Shown here: piece by piece, positions 1-13,158 of the stretch
Numbering within the stretch: the stretch's first letter is position 1
Layout of the letters: each line of letters opens with the position of its first letter
Assembly (NCBI RefSeq): GCF_036321535.1
Contig: NC_087437.1
Coordinates: 108,564,001-108,628,000 of the forward strand
Length of the DNA stretch: 64,000 bases
Reading direction: 5' to 3'
DNA from: Camelus dromedarius
Taxonomy: Eukaryota
Made by a program: the position numbers and the translations under genes
The notes under the pieces: generated by a model
What the model saw: the letters and a program-made list of their open reading frames with translations, nothing else
What the model was told of the DNA's origin: nothing
Database searches by the model: none

Positions 1-84
1 CTCCTATCTCATTTTCACCTCATTCAGTATGTTGTCTTTTTGTTTTGTCGATGTTTTCCTCTGCTGTGCAAAAACTGGCAAGAC

Positions 85-680
85 TATAGGTCGTGGTGAA
101 TTCTTCTATCAGGAGGCTCATTGTGTCTGGTTTTCTCTCTTGTGACAGCAGCTCAGTGCCTAGATCTGCATTCCTTGTGTGTTGCTGATGGGTGATATCA
201 CAAATCTCTCAGTTCCTTTTCTTTATCATTTGAATTTATTCACTGGAATACTCTTTATAAAGAGATGCTTCTCATCTACTATTTGTTATCCCGTATGACA
301 CTTCATGTGGGAAAAAACAGGATAAATAAATGATTCTTCCCTTTCTTTAAAACCAGTTTTCAAGATAATGAATTGATTCTCTATCTCCTTACAAAAATGA
401 CCATTTTTAAATTATTAATTAAATATGAATATGGCAATTAAAATCTTTATTAAAGGTCAAAATTGTCCTAGGCTTTACTAGTGAGGGAGCCTCTTCAGGT
501 TGGTCCCTGGTGGGTTCTGGCCCTGGGAGTCTCCAATGGCTTCCTTGAATCTGGTACAAGTCAGCTGCTTTTGTGCATATCCTGCCTCAGAACCTAGAAT
601 CAGCAATTCTTCCAAGAAACTCTGAGTTCCTATAGTGGGAAATAGAATTTTCACACCACAATCTAGGTGCTAGGATTAAT
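85..680 (-). mobile_element. Old L1 (L1MC4/5-like) 3' region fragment
   Basis: Reverse complement resembles the L1MC 3' UTR (ttctccaag..gttcct..agtgggaaat..accacaatctaggtgctagg); positions 1-85 are a separate L1 ORF2-like scrap. Confidence 0.65.
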
Positions 681-1555
681 GATATTTTTAAAAATTGAAA
701 CAAGTTCAACTTGACAATATAGACTTAGTGATGTTATTAAGATTTAACAGCGGATAGAGTGTTAACAATGATGTTAGACCATGAAGTTTGGACCCAACAT
801 GCAAAACAAATATATCTTACTCTTTTGAAACAATCCATGAATATCTGACAAGACAATACTGTAGGTGGCTGAGATTTTTTTAATGATTTTGTTGAACATT
901 TCATGATTTCAGAGGATAATATGTGTTTTCACCAATGAAGTTTTTAATTGGCTGAAAAATCATTCAACTGTCTCTAATCTTCAAATTTTTTGTACCAGAA
1001 TCCAGGAAGTTGTTAAACATTATTCACAATTTGACTTAGGAACAAATTTCCTGTTATTCTTCTTTCAGTCTTCCCAAAGGGTTTAATGAAAAAATGTAGT
1101 ACAGTATAGTGGTTAAATATGCAAATTTAAAAGTCAAAATTACAGTCATTAGTTAAATCCACTTTTAGCTGAAAAACCATGTCACCCATGTTATTCACAG
1201 TATCAGTTGACCCCTAAGTCTCTTTACAAATCTGAAACTCTATGTATGGCTTCATATATATTTTAAATTCATTTCAGCAAACATTTGAGAGACTACTATA
1301 CTCGGCACTTGCTGATACTAGTGGAAGAGAAGAAAGGGATGAAGAACAAAGCAAAGTAACTGCCCTCAAGAATTGTAATTATAATGTACATAAATATAAT
1401 CTAATATTTAAAAGAAAATATAGAGATGTATATCATTATTAAAAATCCTATCCTAGACACATATATGCCAGATATATTCTACTATAGGGAAAGTAAAGTA
1501 AAAATAGTAGACTATCAAACAGTATTCACATTTTGATACTAAATTTGCTTTTTTA

Positions 1556-1680
1556 ATCTTCCATTTATTTTTTAATTGAAGTACACTTACAATGTGTCAA
1601 TCTCTGGTGTACAGCACAAAATCCCAGTCATGCACATATATGTATATATTTGTTTATATATTTTTTTCCATTAGAGGTTA
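1556..1680 (-). mobile_element. Short 5'-truncated lineage-specific L1 3' end
   Basis: ttttttaattgaagtacacttacaatgtgtcaatctctggtgtacagca terminus; flanked by repeated tttgctttttta (probable TSD). Confidence 0.75.
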
Positions 1681-1899
1681 AGTTTGCTTTTTTAAATTTA
1701 AGTATCATAAATGTAACCAAAGAAGTCTAAAAGAAGATAAACCAAAGTGTTAATAGTATGTCTGTAGTATCTTAAATATTTTAACATTGCAGTAATTGTT
1801 TAGTAGATTTTTAAATGTTAATGTTTTAATTTTAATAAAATATATTTCAATGTGTAAAAATAAATAAGTAAATATTAAAAGTAGATAAAATTTAATTCT

Positions 1900-2405
1900 A
1901 ACAAAATGTGTTTAAATGTACAATGTGTTCCACACAAAAACATGTGCACAAATGTTTATAGAAGTGTAATACATGATGGTCAAAATGTGCAAACAATCCA
2001 AATATCCATCAACTAATGAATGGATAAACACATTGGGTATTTCCATACCATGGAAAGGTATTCTACAATAAAAAATGATGAAATGCTGCATACGTTACAA
2101 CATAATGAACTTTGAAAACATTATGCTAAGTGAAAGAAGGTAGTCACAAATGTCACATTTGGTGGGCTTCTACACATGTGACAAGGTCCAGAATAGGCAA
2201 ATTCATAGACGCAGAGAGGAGATTGGTGATTGTCAGGGAGGGGCTGGAGGGAGAGAGGAATGGGGAGTTACTGCTGTTGGGTACTGGGTTCCCTTGTAGG
2301 GTAATGAAAATTTTCTGGAATTAGTGGTGATGATTGCACAAATTTGTGCAAATACTCAAAACCACTGAAATGTACTGAAAATGAAAAGATGTGCATAATG
2401 TGAGT
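1900..2405 (+). mobile_element. Old L1 (L1MB/ME-like) ORF2 end and 3' UTR
   Basis: aaacaatccaaatatccatcaactaatgaatggataaac...gaaaacattatgctaagtgaaagaag...ggtgatgattgcaca hallmark segments. Confidence 0.85.
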
Positions 2406-3699
2406 AGTAAATGATTCATTCCACAAATGTGTAGTTTTTATAGAGATGTCTACAAATGAGAAGCTGGGAGGAGTCAGGAAAGTCTTTACAAAGAAGGTGG
2501 CATTTGTGATGGGTTTTAGATGTGGAAGCACACCAGCATCTGTCCCAATTTTAGCAAGCATGACAAATTACTAAAGCTAATGTTATCATAGCAATAAGGA
2601 CTTGGATAACATGATTTGCAACATTTTTAACCTAGCAAGGATTTACCTTTAAGCCAGTTCAACTGGACGCTAAAAATTTCTGCCAAATACCAGTTATCAA
2701 TAAGCCCCCAAGAAAATGAGGAATTTTGTAGGTTGTACATGTTTTTCTTAAGCCAAAACTCTGATTCTCCTTTAACACTACAACTGCACAGCAGTAATCT
2801 TAAAATGATACCCATGCATGCCACAGCCTGCAAAGGTTAAATACATTTTTATCTTGAGAAATCACATCACTTTGTATTAGTGGAATGTACAGAAAAACAT
2901 GCCTTCTTTATCATGCAAAGTACAGAAAGCCTACATCAGTCCAGCTGGTTTACATAACATTACTTGCCTTGAGCATGGCACTCATGCATTTGCAGTCTCA
3001 TGCATCTAAGGGTACATGTATATCAATCACTTTTTATAAGCTGTCAAAAATAATGTAGACAAGCTCTAATTTTGTCTCTTTTAATCAATGTTTAGCTGAA
3101 TTAAAAATCAACATGGATTTTTCACTTCTTTATTCACACTATCAAAAGTGAACTGTTTTTCAAAATATTTTCAGTAAATATGTGCATTTAAAGATTGACT
3201 TAACAAACCTAGAGGTAGTGGATAGCATAAACAAAGCATTGGATTGTTACTGAAAATACAACTGTTTGGCTATTATGATGTGGTTACAAATGCACTTCCA
3301 AAGGTAGATTTTTCAAAGAAAGTATGCGTTTTTATAAGCATTGGCCTGGTCAACATTTTTTTTGAGTGATTCCATACCTCAAGCACACTGGACATTTATA
3401 CCAGATACACTTTGTGGTTCATTTTCTGTTGTTTTTTTTTTTTCATGCTTTTAACTGTTATTGTACATCTTTGCCTTGAATTTGTGGACTTCTCAAACTC
3501 CAGAACTTGCTTTGACCTAATTTGCAAGAATGGCTTAGGTCTATGTGCCCATCATCCTGTTAAAACAGCATATACATCATCTTTGATGCTCTAAGTACTG
3601 TTAGAAAAACAACAATGGAACGTGTAGGAGATTTTTTAGGATGGCGCTAAGAAGTCATCAACAATATAAGCTCTTCTTCAAATTCTCCAGTCTCCTTTC

Positions 3700-4100
3700 A
3701 TCATTTCTGGTTAAAGCCTTAAATCCTTAGCATGGTCCAAACCAGCCATCTTTTGGCCTCTGCTTATCTTTCTCATCCTCTTGCCGCTTTACTTGACACA
3801 CTCCAGATAAAATGTAGTTGCACTTCTGAAATATTTAATCTTGATTCTTTATGATTTTTAATGTTTTCTTCTCTCTGCTGGGACATCTCCCTCTTTCCAG
3901 TTCTCTGAGTATCTCCTACTTCTTCAAGATTTAACATTGAAAAACTTCATTCATCTCTTTCTTGCTAACTAGCTGATCTGAGTCTGTTATGGAGGCCAAC
4001 ACCATGATCTTCTACCTTATCATGCTTGTGCCTAAGATACCGCCTGACACATAGTTAATGCTTACTAATTTTTTTTCTAAATGAGTGAATAATGAACTAA
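3700..4100 (+). mobile_element. L2 3' end
   Basis: gcctgacacatagttaatgctt...aaatgagtgaataatgaa L2 terminus. Confidence 0.65.
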
Positions 4101-4124
4101 CAAACATATATATTGCAGCATATG

Positions 4125-4350
4125 CAGTTTTAGCAGGAACATGAGCTCTGGAGAGTCTATTGGGATTAACTACTTCCTAGCTGTGCTGTTAGAACAGGTT
4201 TCTTCATCTCTCTTTGACTCAATTTCCTCATTTATAAACTGAAAATAATATAAATTGACTACCTCATAGATTTAAATAAGTTTAAATAAGAAATTGCTTA
4301 AAATTATGCTGAGCACATTATAAATAATTCAGATAGGCTAGTACTTATTG
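4125..4350 (+). mobile_element. MIR SINE
   Basis: Core: cttcctagctgtg...ctctctttgactcaatttcctcatttataaactg. Confidence 0.75.
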
Positions 4351-5434
4351 GTATTATAATGATAATTACTGGTATTACAGGACGTGTGCCAGGAATATAA
4401 AGAGTTGGTTTCACCTTCTCCAGGAATTTAAAATCCTTGTTTAAAGAAAAAAGGGGAAAAAACACAGAAACAAACAAGGAATGACTATAAAATATAACAA
4501 ATACAAGAAATGAATCAAAAGCTTAAGTAGGATCCAAAAATTGCAAGCTTACAAAAGCTAAGGTTAAATTATTGCAAAATTAATGAAAACCAATTTTTCC
4601 ACTCTTCTAGCCACTATTTGAGCAAAAATATGTTTATTTTATTAGCTGCGTCAGAAATAAACCAATTATTTTTTAATGCACTGAATCTTAAATACTTACC
4701 CCAACAAAACCCTGCCCCATGGGTGAAGAATGAGAGACCATAGCCAAAACTTATCAGAATTTATATTATCTCAAGGTTTTGCTGCATTCTTTGTAAAACC
4801 AACCAAACTATAAGCATTCAAGAGAGTTTTTTTTTAACCTCTGAAGTGTTCACCTCCTAATATTAGGCACATATTTTAATCCATACAACCATTGTTCAAA
4901 ATATTATTAGAATTTATTTTTTGGAGTGAACTTCAATATAACTTCATGAAAAGAAAATCTAAAATTTTAATTAAAATTCACTATTTAATAAAATATGATA
5001 TGATACATCCTATTCTCTTGAAAAGTTGAAGCTTAAAAAAAAAGTTAAAGTTTGACTAACAGGCACGTACCAAATGTCACAAGGGTTATAAGTACTTTAA
5101 AGTAAAGTATACAGATTGACTAGAAATGAGTACTAACCACTTCCAAATTTCAAACCATCCTCAAAGGATTAAGACTGTACAAATAATGTTCACAAGCCTT
5201 TGAACAATTTTGGAGAAGTTGAAAAAATTGTCAAACAGACATCTGTTACTCAGAGATTAAAAATTCAGATAAGGTTATTTTGAGAAAAATCATGCTCATT
5301 GCTTTACAGTCACACTGTTTGTGTATGTTTCTCTGTGTATATATGTAAAGAGATGTTAGCAAGCATTAGAAAGTACATTGAGCTATTTTTTCAAATTATT
5401 TGCTGCTGCTTCATTCAGTTCCTTCCTACTGGCT

Positions 5435-5762
5435 CTCTCTCTACTGTCCCCTCCTTGGTGGAGGATTATACTACTCATTCCATTGACACCACACTTAGCC
5501 ATGTGACTTGCAATAACCAATGAAATGTGAGTGGAAGTGACATGGTCCACTTCTGAACAAACCCTTTAAAAGCCATTGTGTGGTTCTACCATTAGTCAAT
5601 GCCCTCTGTTCCTTCAGAATGAAGAAGACATGGGACAAATCTATAACCAAGCCACACCCAATATGTGACACAAAGGAGAAGCACATATTTGTTATTGTAA
5701 GCCTCTGAGGTTTTTAGGGTTGTTTGTCACTGCATTATGACCTGGTTTAAACTGATTGATAA
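5435..5762 (+). mobile_element. MaLR LTR (MLT1I/J-like)
   Basis: gccatgtgacttgc..ccaatgaaatgtgagtggaagtgaca and terminal ttgtaagcctctgagg..gttgtttgtcactgca..ctgattgata. Confidence 0.8.
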
Positions 5763-7409
5763 AAACACTACTTTTTTGAGCAGGGAGGAAAAAAGGAAAT
5801 CAAAGTGAATGGATAATTTGAAAGTGAAACCAGTTTCATTATAGCTTTAATATTTAAGGTTCATGCCACTCCTCTCTCTCCAAGCCCCAGGGAACAATTC
5901 TTATTATTATTATATATACCAAACATCTCTATATGATAGAATATACACTAGTACTCTCGTGAATAAGCAAGTAACTAAAAGCAGATGACATGTCATAATC
6001 ATAATAACCCGATGTTATGGGGAGTGGAAAGTAAAAACAAACAGCCAGCTATATCAGGATCAGTGATGTAATTGTGCTATGAAGCATCTGCTATCTAAAT
6101 GGAAGAGTGAGTCAACAGATCTCAGACAAGTTGAATTCAGGAAAGTATGCATAGTCACAAGGAGTACACTTACTCTAGTGCTGGAATTGTTCTTTTAAAA
6201 ATCATTACTCAATGCTTAAGGAAACTTAGGGAGTCAGTGTCAATGGATATCTACCACAGAGAATCCTGAAGCCCAGTAAGACAAAAACAGATTATGACGG
6301 CTGTGGGTGACCCTACCATCACATTTAGGAAAAATATGAAATGCACCACATTTGTCCAAAGAAGACTCTGAAGGTAATAAACTGGCCAGAATTTACACCT
6401 AAGTGGATCAGCCTGCTGAGTTTTGTGGGGTTTTTTGGTTTTTTGTTTTTTTAGGAGGAGGATGGATATGTGCCAAACAAAAATAAGAAAAGAATACATG
6501 TTTAAGTACCATTAACATTTTGAGGTTTGAACAAAGCAAAAATAAAGTTGCATACACTGAACTTTAGTCCTGTTTCAAGTCTTATCAAATTTCAGAGAAA
6601 TTTGTTTGCAAAGAAGATATCATCAATAAAAGGACGGAGAGCCAAAGATAGACATATTCAGTTTTTGTTAAATGCATTTAAAGGAAAAAGTCTACAAGCA
6701 CAAACATGCCTGTCCTCTTTTCAAGTCTGAGATTGCTAACAGTACACAGGAACAGATAGTTCAGATAGGGTTTGTCATGCCTGGTGAGACGGGAAGTATA
6801 AACACTCAGTTCATGTGCCAGGGATCCTCACTCAGATTAATTTCATAAAATCTTCTCACTAAATCCCAAAAATATTAAACATGTTCTCCATATTACTTAG
6901 ATTTATTTCGTGGGTTTATACAATTTTCTTTCTCCCAAAACATCTAAACAATAAATAAACCAGTCGCTGTTCCTTAAAGTGAAAAAGAGGTAGTGACACC
7001 AGCTCCTGGCCACTAAATGTGCCAGTCTTAGCAAAATATCAAGGAGGAGAAGGTTGTCCCTAGGATGTCTGCATCTTTTTTTCCTTTCCCAGGTGGTGAT
7101 CTATTCCCCATCCCCTCCTACCAGGGAACCAGTGTCACCTCCACTGGGTAGCTTTCCCTGACCTACTCCTCCTTGGCCCCTGACTTTGTTCTCACAACTC
7201 TGCCTCTGTTGAGATAGCTGTCCTCATCCCATTCAACAGGATTTCGAGTGTTGATTACATCCAGCTTTTTCAAAAGACAAGGTGGGAGGGTCGGGGGGTT
7301 TCCCTAAAGAACCTCTGGCCAGATACAGGGAGTGCTTAGGGGAAGGTATAAAATAAGCCTTATTACCCTTGTTTTCTAGATTAAGGCAAAAGAAAGAGAA
7401 AGCCCACCT

Positions 7410-7600
7410 CATCAAGCACCAGTGTGTCAGGTTTTATGTTGGATGTCTTGATTCCTTTCTCGGATACAGTCTTTACCATAATGCTCAGGGTAGGTGTTAT
7501 TGACACCACATTACAGGAGAAGAAGCCCAGTGAGGAATTAAGTGCCTTGCTCATCCTTCAGCTGGGGATGAAGAAAGGCTAAAATCCAAGCCTCCTGACT
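7410..7600 (-). mobile_element. MIR SINE
   Basis: ggtaggtgttatt..cattacaggagaagaagcccag..attaagtgccttgctca. Confidence 0.6.
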
Positions 7601-7725
7601 TCCGTTTTATTGCTCAATCCCAGGGTCCAAGCCAGAGGCGGCACTTCCTGCGGGAACTTCCGCTACACTTCACTTCCTGCCTTCCCCAACCCCTGTGTTT
7701 TATCAGTATCCTGCAGCACAGGAAA
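7598..7725. promoter_or_regulatory. Candidate enhancer/promoter: ETS motif cluster with NF-kB and GATA sites
   Basis: ACTTCCG 7598 and 7656, ACTTCCTG 7643 and 7672, ACAGGAAA 7718, GGGAACTTCC 7652-7661, TTATCAG about 7700; local CpGs in otherwise CpG-poor DNA. Confidence 0.5.
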
Positions 7726-9212
7726 GAACACGGTTTTTATAGAAATACATTCACCTTGTGCAAAATTTATTGGGTACTCTGATTCAGAGTTAGTTATATT
7801 TAAAAAAAAAAAAAAACTACAGTGTAATAACATTACTTTTAATGAGGTGTTACATTTTCTCCATCCTTCTCTTGGTATTTCAGACATTGTTCTCCTCTGT
7901 CAGAACACCAGCATTTTACCCCGTGTTCATGAGTTTGCAGTTTATTTGGTCAGAGTTAATGGTAATTGATGGTATGAACCTATGAAACGGCATCTGCCAA
8001 TGTCATCTTACAGTTAAAATATTGTTCAAATTATTATTTGGAACATTAAGGGACAGAAGAAAAGAACCCTCAATGTACAAACATCAGCTGGTAGGCTGAG
8101 TTCAAGGAACCCTCTCATGTCTCGGAAATTAACTAAGTTAACTGAGTCTTCCTAGACCAGAAGGAAGCCAGGACTAGCTTAAAATGCTAACTTTTTATAA
8201 GCTAAACCTAGCTGGGGAGTATTATTCAGACTACATAGAAACTCTTTTCCTTCCCATTCTGGTTCCTTGTCAACCTGCCAAATTCATCCCTCTTGCAATT
8301 AAAACTCCCTATACCCATGAAAAGGCATTTTCTAAGTGCCCTGAGACTTCAGATTAAATGTGCAGCTTCTGAAAGGTTTGCTTTCTGTGTTTCCTGATAG
8401 GAATTTATATTGGATCAGGGACACCATCTGGATGTGACATAAGTGATCAGGGAGGTAGCTCTACCCTCCTTGCTTAGCAATTTTACTGCATGCTATGTTC
8501 TTTTTACCATGATGTTCAGCATGTTCTGGGAGGTTTTGGCAAATAATTATTCCCTTTTCACTAGGGTTATGAAATGCAGGTAGACTTTGAGTGGACACAG
8601 TGGGGAAAAGTTGTCTAAAAACGCAAATTCTTTCAGGTAAGCCTAATTTTCCTCCGACTCCCAGCTGTCATCTCCTAGGAAAACTGTTGGCCCTAAGAGG
8701 CACTAAAAATTACTCTTAAGTAATTTAATGCCAGTCATTTAAAATACATGATTGACTTTAAATAAAAATCAGTGACAAAGTTTCAAAATAAAAATGCTGA
8801 GTGTAAACATTGTCCCGGTCCCCATACCAGGTGGAGCATGTAAAGGCAGTAAGCAGTGATGTTTTCATAGTTTGGCAAACTTCCTAGCTGGCTTCAAACT
8901 GCTTCGGCACTTCTAACTTTACATCCAGAGCAACTGCCTTATTCCCTTCTTCCTGCTACCATTCGTATGTTCTGGGCTTCCCCTAGGCATCTTTGGCCCT
9001 AAGTCAACAGAATTCCATGAAGGTGAAGGAACAGAAACTGCTCTCCTCTCTCCAAGCTGGTTACTAAATTGCTGTTTATTTTCTTTTCTTTTTTTTTTTC
9101 TTGTCCCACTTTGACCTTCCCCTCCCACTGTTGTACTATTGAGCCAAAGCTTTAAAAATTAACAAATAATTTTTAACCGTTCTTTAAACCCATTCTCCTC
9201 TGTAAACTAAAA

Positions 9213-9846
9213 AAAATTTGCTCTATTGAAGAATAGTTGATTTACAATGTGGTGCTAGTTTCAGGTGTACAGTAAAGTAATTCAGTTATATATATATATT
9301 CCTTTTCAGATTCATTTCCATTATAGGTTATTACAAGATATTGAATGTAGTTCCCTGTGGTATACAGTAGGTCCTTGTTTATTTTATATCTAGTAGTTTG
9401 TATCTGCTAATCCCAACTCCTAATTTATCCCCTTTGGGAAACATATGTTTATTTTCTATCTGTGAGTCCATTTCTGTTTTGTAAATAAGTTCATTTGTGT
9501 GTTGCTTTTTTTTTTTTAGATTCCACATATAAGCAAATCATGTATTTGTCTTTCTCTGTATGGCTTACTTCACTTAGTATAATAATCTCTAGGTTCATCC
9601 ATGTTGCGACAAATGACATTATTCCATTCTTTTTTATGGCTGAGTAACATTCCATTGTGTATATATACACCACATCTTCTTTATCCATTCATCCGTCGAT
9701 GGACATTTAGGGTGCCTCCATGTCTTGCCTATTGTAACAGTGCTGCTATGAACATTGGTGTGCATGTATCTTTTCAAATTAGAGATTTCATCTTTCATAT
9801 ATGCCCAAGAGTGAGATTGTTAGATTATATGGTAACTCTATTTTTA
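9213..9846 (-). mobile_element. 5'-truncated L1 (ORF2 end and 3' UTR)
   Basis: ORF 9491-9688 YIYTMECYSAIKKNGIMSFVATWMNLEIIILSEVSH = L1 ORF2 C-terminus; TSD gtaaactaaaa at 9202 and 9847. Confidence 0.9.
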
Positions 9847-10206
9847 GTAAACTAAAATTTATATATCTCTCAATCTTCAATAACCACAACAAATTACTTA
9901 GTGGATCTAAGTAATTTTTAAGACTCTTCACTATTCCTCTTCCCTTTCCCCACCAAAAGAAAAGGCAAGAATTTAGGATGACTTCCCCAAGAGACTGCCT
10001 TCCTACCTCACCTACTCTGACATCACATTTAAAAATGGGTTCAAGAGGGAATCCACTGAAAGAAATAGAAAAGCAACATGTGCCTCATTGGATTCCTATC
10101 TAATTATTTGGACAGCAGATTTAGATGGAATACTGTTAGCTCCGATGACAGTGTACTTGAAGAGAAAAGAAAGAGCTGGGGGTTGCATTATCAATTTCAA
10201 CCTAGC

Positions 10207-11460
10207 TGTATTCATTTTCTACTGTAAAAAGTTACCATAAATTTAGAAGTATAAAGCAACACAAGTGTTTTTATCTTGCATTTCTCGGGTTAGAAGTCCA
10301 GTCAGGGTCTCACAAGGACAAAATTGAGGTGTCTGCAGGACTTGTTTCTTTCTGGAAGCTCTAGGAATAAATCCATTTCCTTTCCTTTTCCAGCTCACGA
10401 GTCCATGACTCATGGTCCTTTTCCTCCATCTTCAAAGCCTGCAATGTTGCACCTCTAACCATTCTTCTGTAGCCACATCTCCCTTGCTTTCACCAGAGCC
10501 AGGAAAGATACTCTGCTTTGTATGATGCAGACCTGTATGATGCAGCCACTATGGAAAACAGTATGGAAATTCCTCAAAAGACTGAAAATAGAACTAACAC
10601 ATGATCCAGAAATTCTACACCTGAGTATGTATCTGAAGAAAATGAAAACACTAGTTTGAAAAGATACATGCACTTCAGTGTACAAGCAGCACCATTTACA
10701 ATACCCAAGACATGGAAGTAACCTAAATGTCCATCAACAGATGATTGGATAAAGGAGATGTGGTATACACACACACACATACACACACAATAGAATGCTA
10801 CTCAGCCATAAAAAAGAGTGAAATTTTGCCATTTGCAACAGCATAGACAGACCTGGAGGGTATTATGTTTAATAGAATAAGTCAGACAGAGAAAGACAAA
10901 TACTGTATGTTTTCACTTATATGTGGAATCTAAAATAAATAAATAAATTAAATGAATGAATATAACAAAACAGAAACAGACTTAAAGATATAGAGAACAA
11001 AGTAATGGTTTACCAGTGGGGAGTGTGAAGGGGGAAGGGACCTAACAGATGTAGGGGATTAAGAGGTACAACCTACTACATATAAAATAAATAAACTACA
11101 AGGATATATAGTACAGCACAGGGAATATAGCTGATATTTTATAATAACTTTGAAAGGAGTATAAAAATTTTGAATCACTGAGTAGTACACCTAAATTAAT
11201 AAATACTGTAAGTCAACTGTACCTCAATTTAACAAAACAGAAGTAGTAAACGGATAAAAACAGAAACTGCTCAAATAAATAAATCCTATGTGATGAGCTT
11301 GGGTCCGCTTGTGTAGTCCAAGAGAATTTCCCCATCTCAAAATCCTTAATATCACACCTGCAGAGTTTTTATTTTTTGTTTTTGGTTTTTTGCCACATTT
11401 ACAAGTTTCTGGGGATTAGGTCATAGACATGTTTGGGAAACCATTTATTCTACTTACCAC
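10207..11460 (-). mobile_element. MaLR LTR (MLT1C/D-like) split by an L1 insertion
   Basis: tgtattcattttctactgt..gttaccataaattt..; resumes at 11285 with cccatctcaaaatccttaat..acacctgcagag..tctggggattagg. Confidence 0.8.
10535..11283 (+). mobile_element. 5'-truncated L1 nested in MLT1
   Basis: gcagccactatggaaaacagtatgga...aagtcagacagagaaagacaaatactgtatg...L1 3' UTR. Confidence 0.9.
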
Positions 11461-12326
11461 ATCAGTTATCAGTGCTTCATTCCCTACAGGCAAAATCACA
11501 GGTTAATTGTTTTTCTTTGCAGTAAATCTCATAGGAATTCAAATCCATCTCTAAATCCTGCCTATTTTCACATAGAAGAGTTCCTTGGTGTATATCTTTG
11601 AGTATGCAAAAGCAGCTGGTTACAACTACGATAGCATTTGATTTGTTGCACAATGTTTTGTTTCCACTTGAAAAACATTAAAGACTTACAGGATCTGGTT
11701 GTATTTTCTGAGAAATTGTTAGTCCTCAGTCAAATGTTGCTTTTGTCATATCTCACACGTAGCTAGAAAGGAGGTGTGTGTAAAATACAGCCATGAGACG
11801 GCTCCACTGGGGTCAAATTTACTCATCCTGGAAGCAGGAAAATCTATTGTACACTTTTCTTTTACATTGTTTAATGTTTTCTAGAATTTTGAGACTTTTG
11901 TCTTATCTACATTTGAAAATTCAGAACTTTTAAAGAATTAGATGACTTCCCTAGGCTTTACACTATATTTTCCTCTTCATGGCTACTACCACCATGGAAA
12001 AAGAAAGACTTGTACTTTCAAGATAATAAGCCCAGTTTATAAAAGTATTATCTGGAGGTTAAATACTGAATGTTTAGATACTCATTCTGAATCACAAAGA
12101 GGTAAAATTGACATTATTCTTTGTATCATACTATTACTACTGTGTTTTCTTGCTGTTACATGTTCCCTAATCTAGCTTGGAACTCTAAGCCAGTAGAAAA
12201 TTGCTCTATGCTCTAAGATAAATATAAATATTCTAGTAGGTTAAGGAAATATAACTGGACCCTTTGAACAAGTAAATAATCATGTGCACAAAGAATGTGG
12301 AAATGATATTTGGATTCTCCAAAGTC

Positions 12327-13158
12327 TAACATTTCTCAAACTTTTTGGCCTTAGCACCCCTGTACACTCTCAAAAATTACTGATGATCTCCAAGGGCTTT
12401 TGTTTACATGGGTTATGCTAATTGATAGTCCCTATAGTAGAAATTTAATTATGGGAGAACAATAATCCTGATTCAGTTTCTGGGAAAATTCCTATTGCAA
12501 AACCTGATGCTACAAGATGAATAAAATCTAGTCTATAATGAAATATCTGAAACTTTTCTCCTTTTGAAATTATGAGGTCATAATAATAAAGGAAAAAAAA
12601 AGAAGTCCTAAAACAAGAAATTTAAGTTGAGAATTTAACATTCACTTATGCATTTTAAAATAACAATAATAAACCCATTAAATATTAACACACATGACAT
12701 TTTTATGAAAAATAGCTATAGTTTTCAAAAAAATAGTGAGGAGAGTAACAGAGTTTTACATTTTTGCAAATCTCTTTAATGCACAGCTTAACAAAAAGCA
12801 GTTGTACTCATATCTGCAACTGCATTCAATTTGCTGCAATCTATTGTTTTGGTTAAAATATGCAAAGAAAAATCAGCCTCATACAGACATGTAATCGGAA
12901 ATGGGAGGGCCATTTTAATAACATTTTCAGATAATTGTGGATATTCTTCTTTGATACTACACCAAAACTCAACAAGCATATTTTTCAAAGGTTAGTTGCA
13001 ATAAACTTTGTATACTCTGTGCACTAATGGAAGAATATAAACAAAAAAAATTAATTAATGTCTTAGTATTATTACAAAAGTAGTCTTGACCTCCCAGGCC
13101 CTCTAAATTTCTCTCAGGAACCTCTGAATTTCCAAGATCACTCTTTAAATCACACTTC
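12327..13158 (-). mobile_element. hAT-Charlie1(a/b) internally deleted DNA transposon
   Basis: Both Charlie1-type ends are recognisable; ORF 12788-12988 FWCSIKEEYPQLSENVIKMALPFPITCLYEADFS matches the hAT transposase C-terminal dimerisation motif. Confidence 0.85.
12449..12615 (+). pseudogene. Candidate retroposed RNA 3' fragment inside Charlie1
   Basis: Interrupts the Charlie1 consensus; direct repeat agaaatttaa at 12439-12448 and 12616-12625; AATAAA at 12520 and 12585; A-rich end. Confidence 0.5.
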
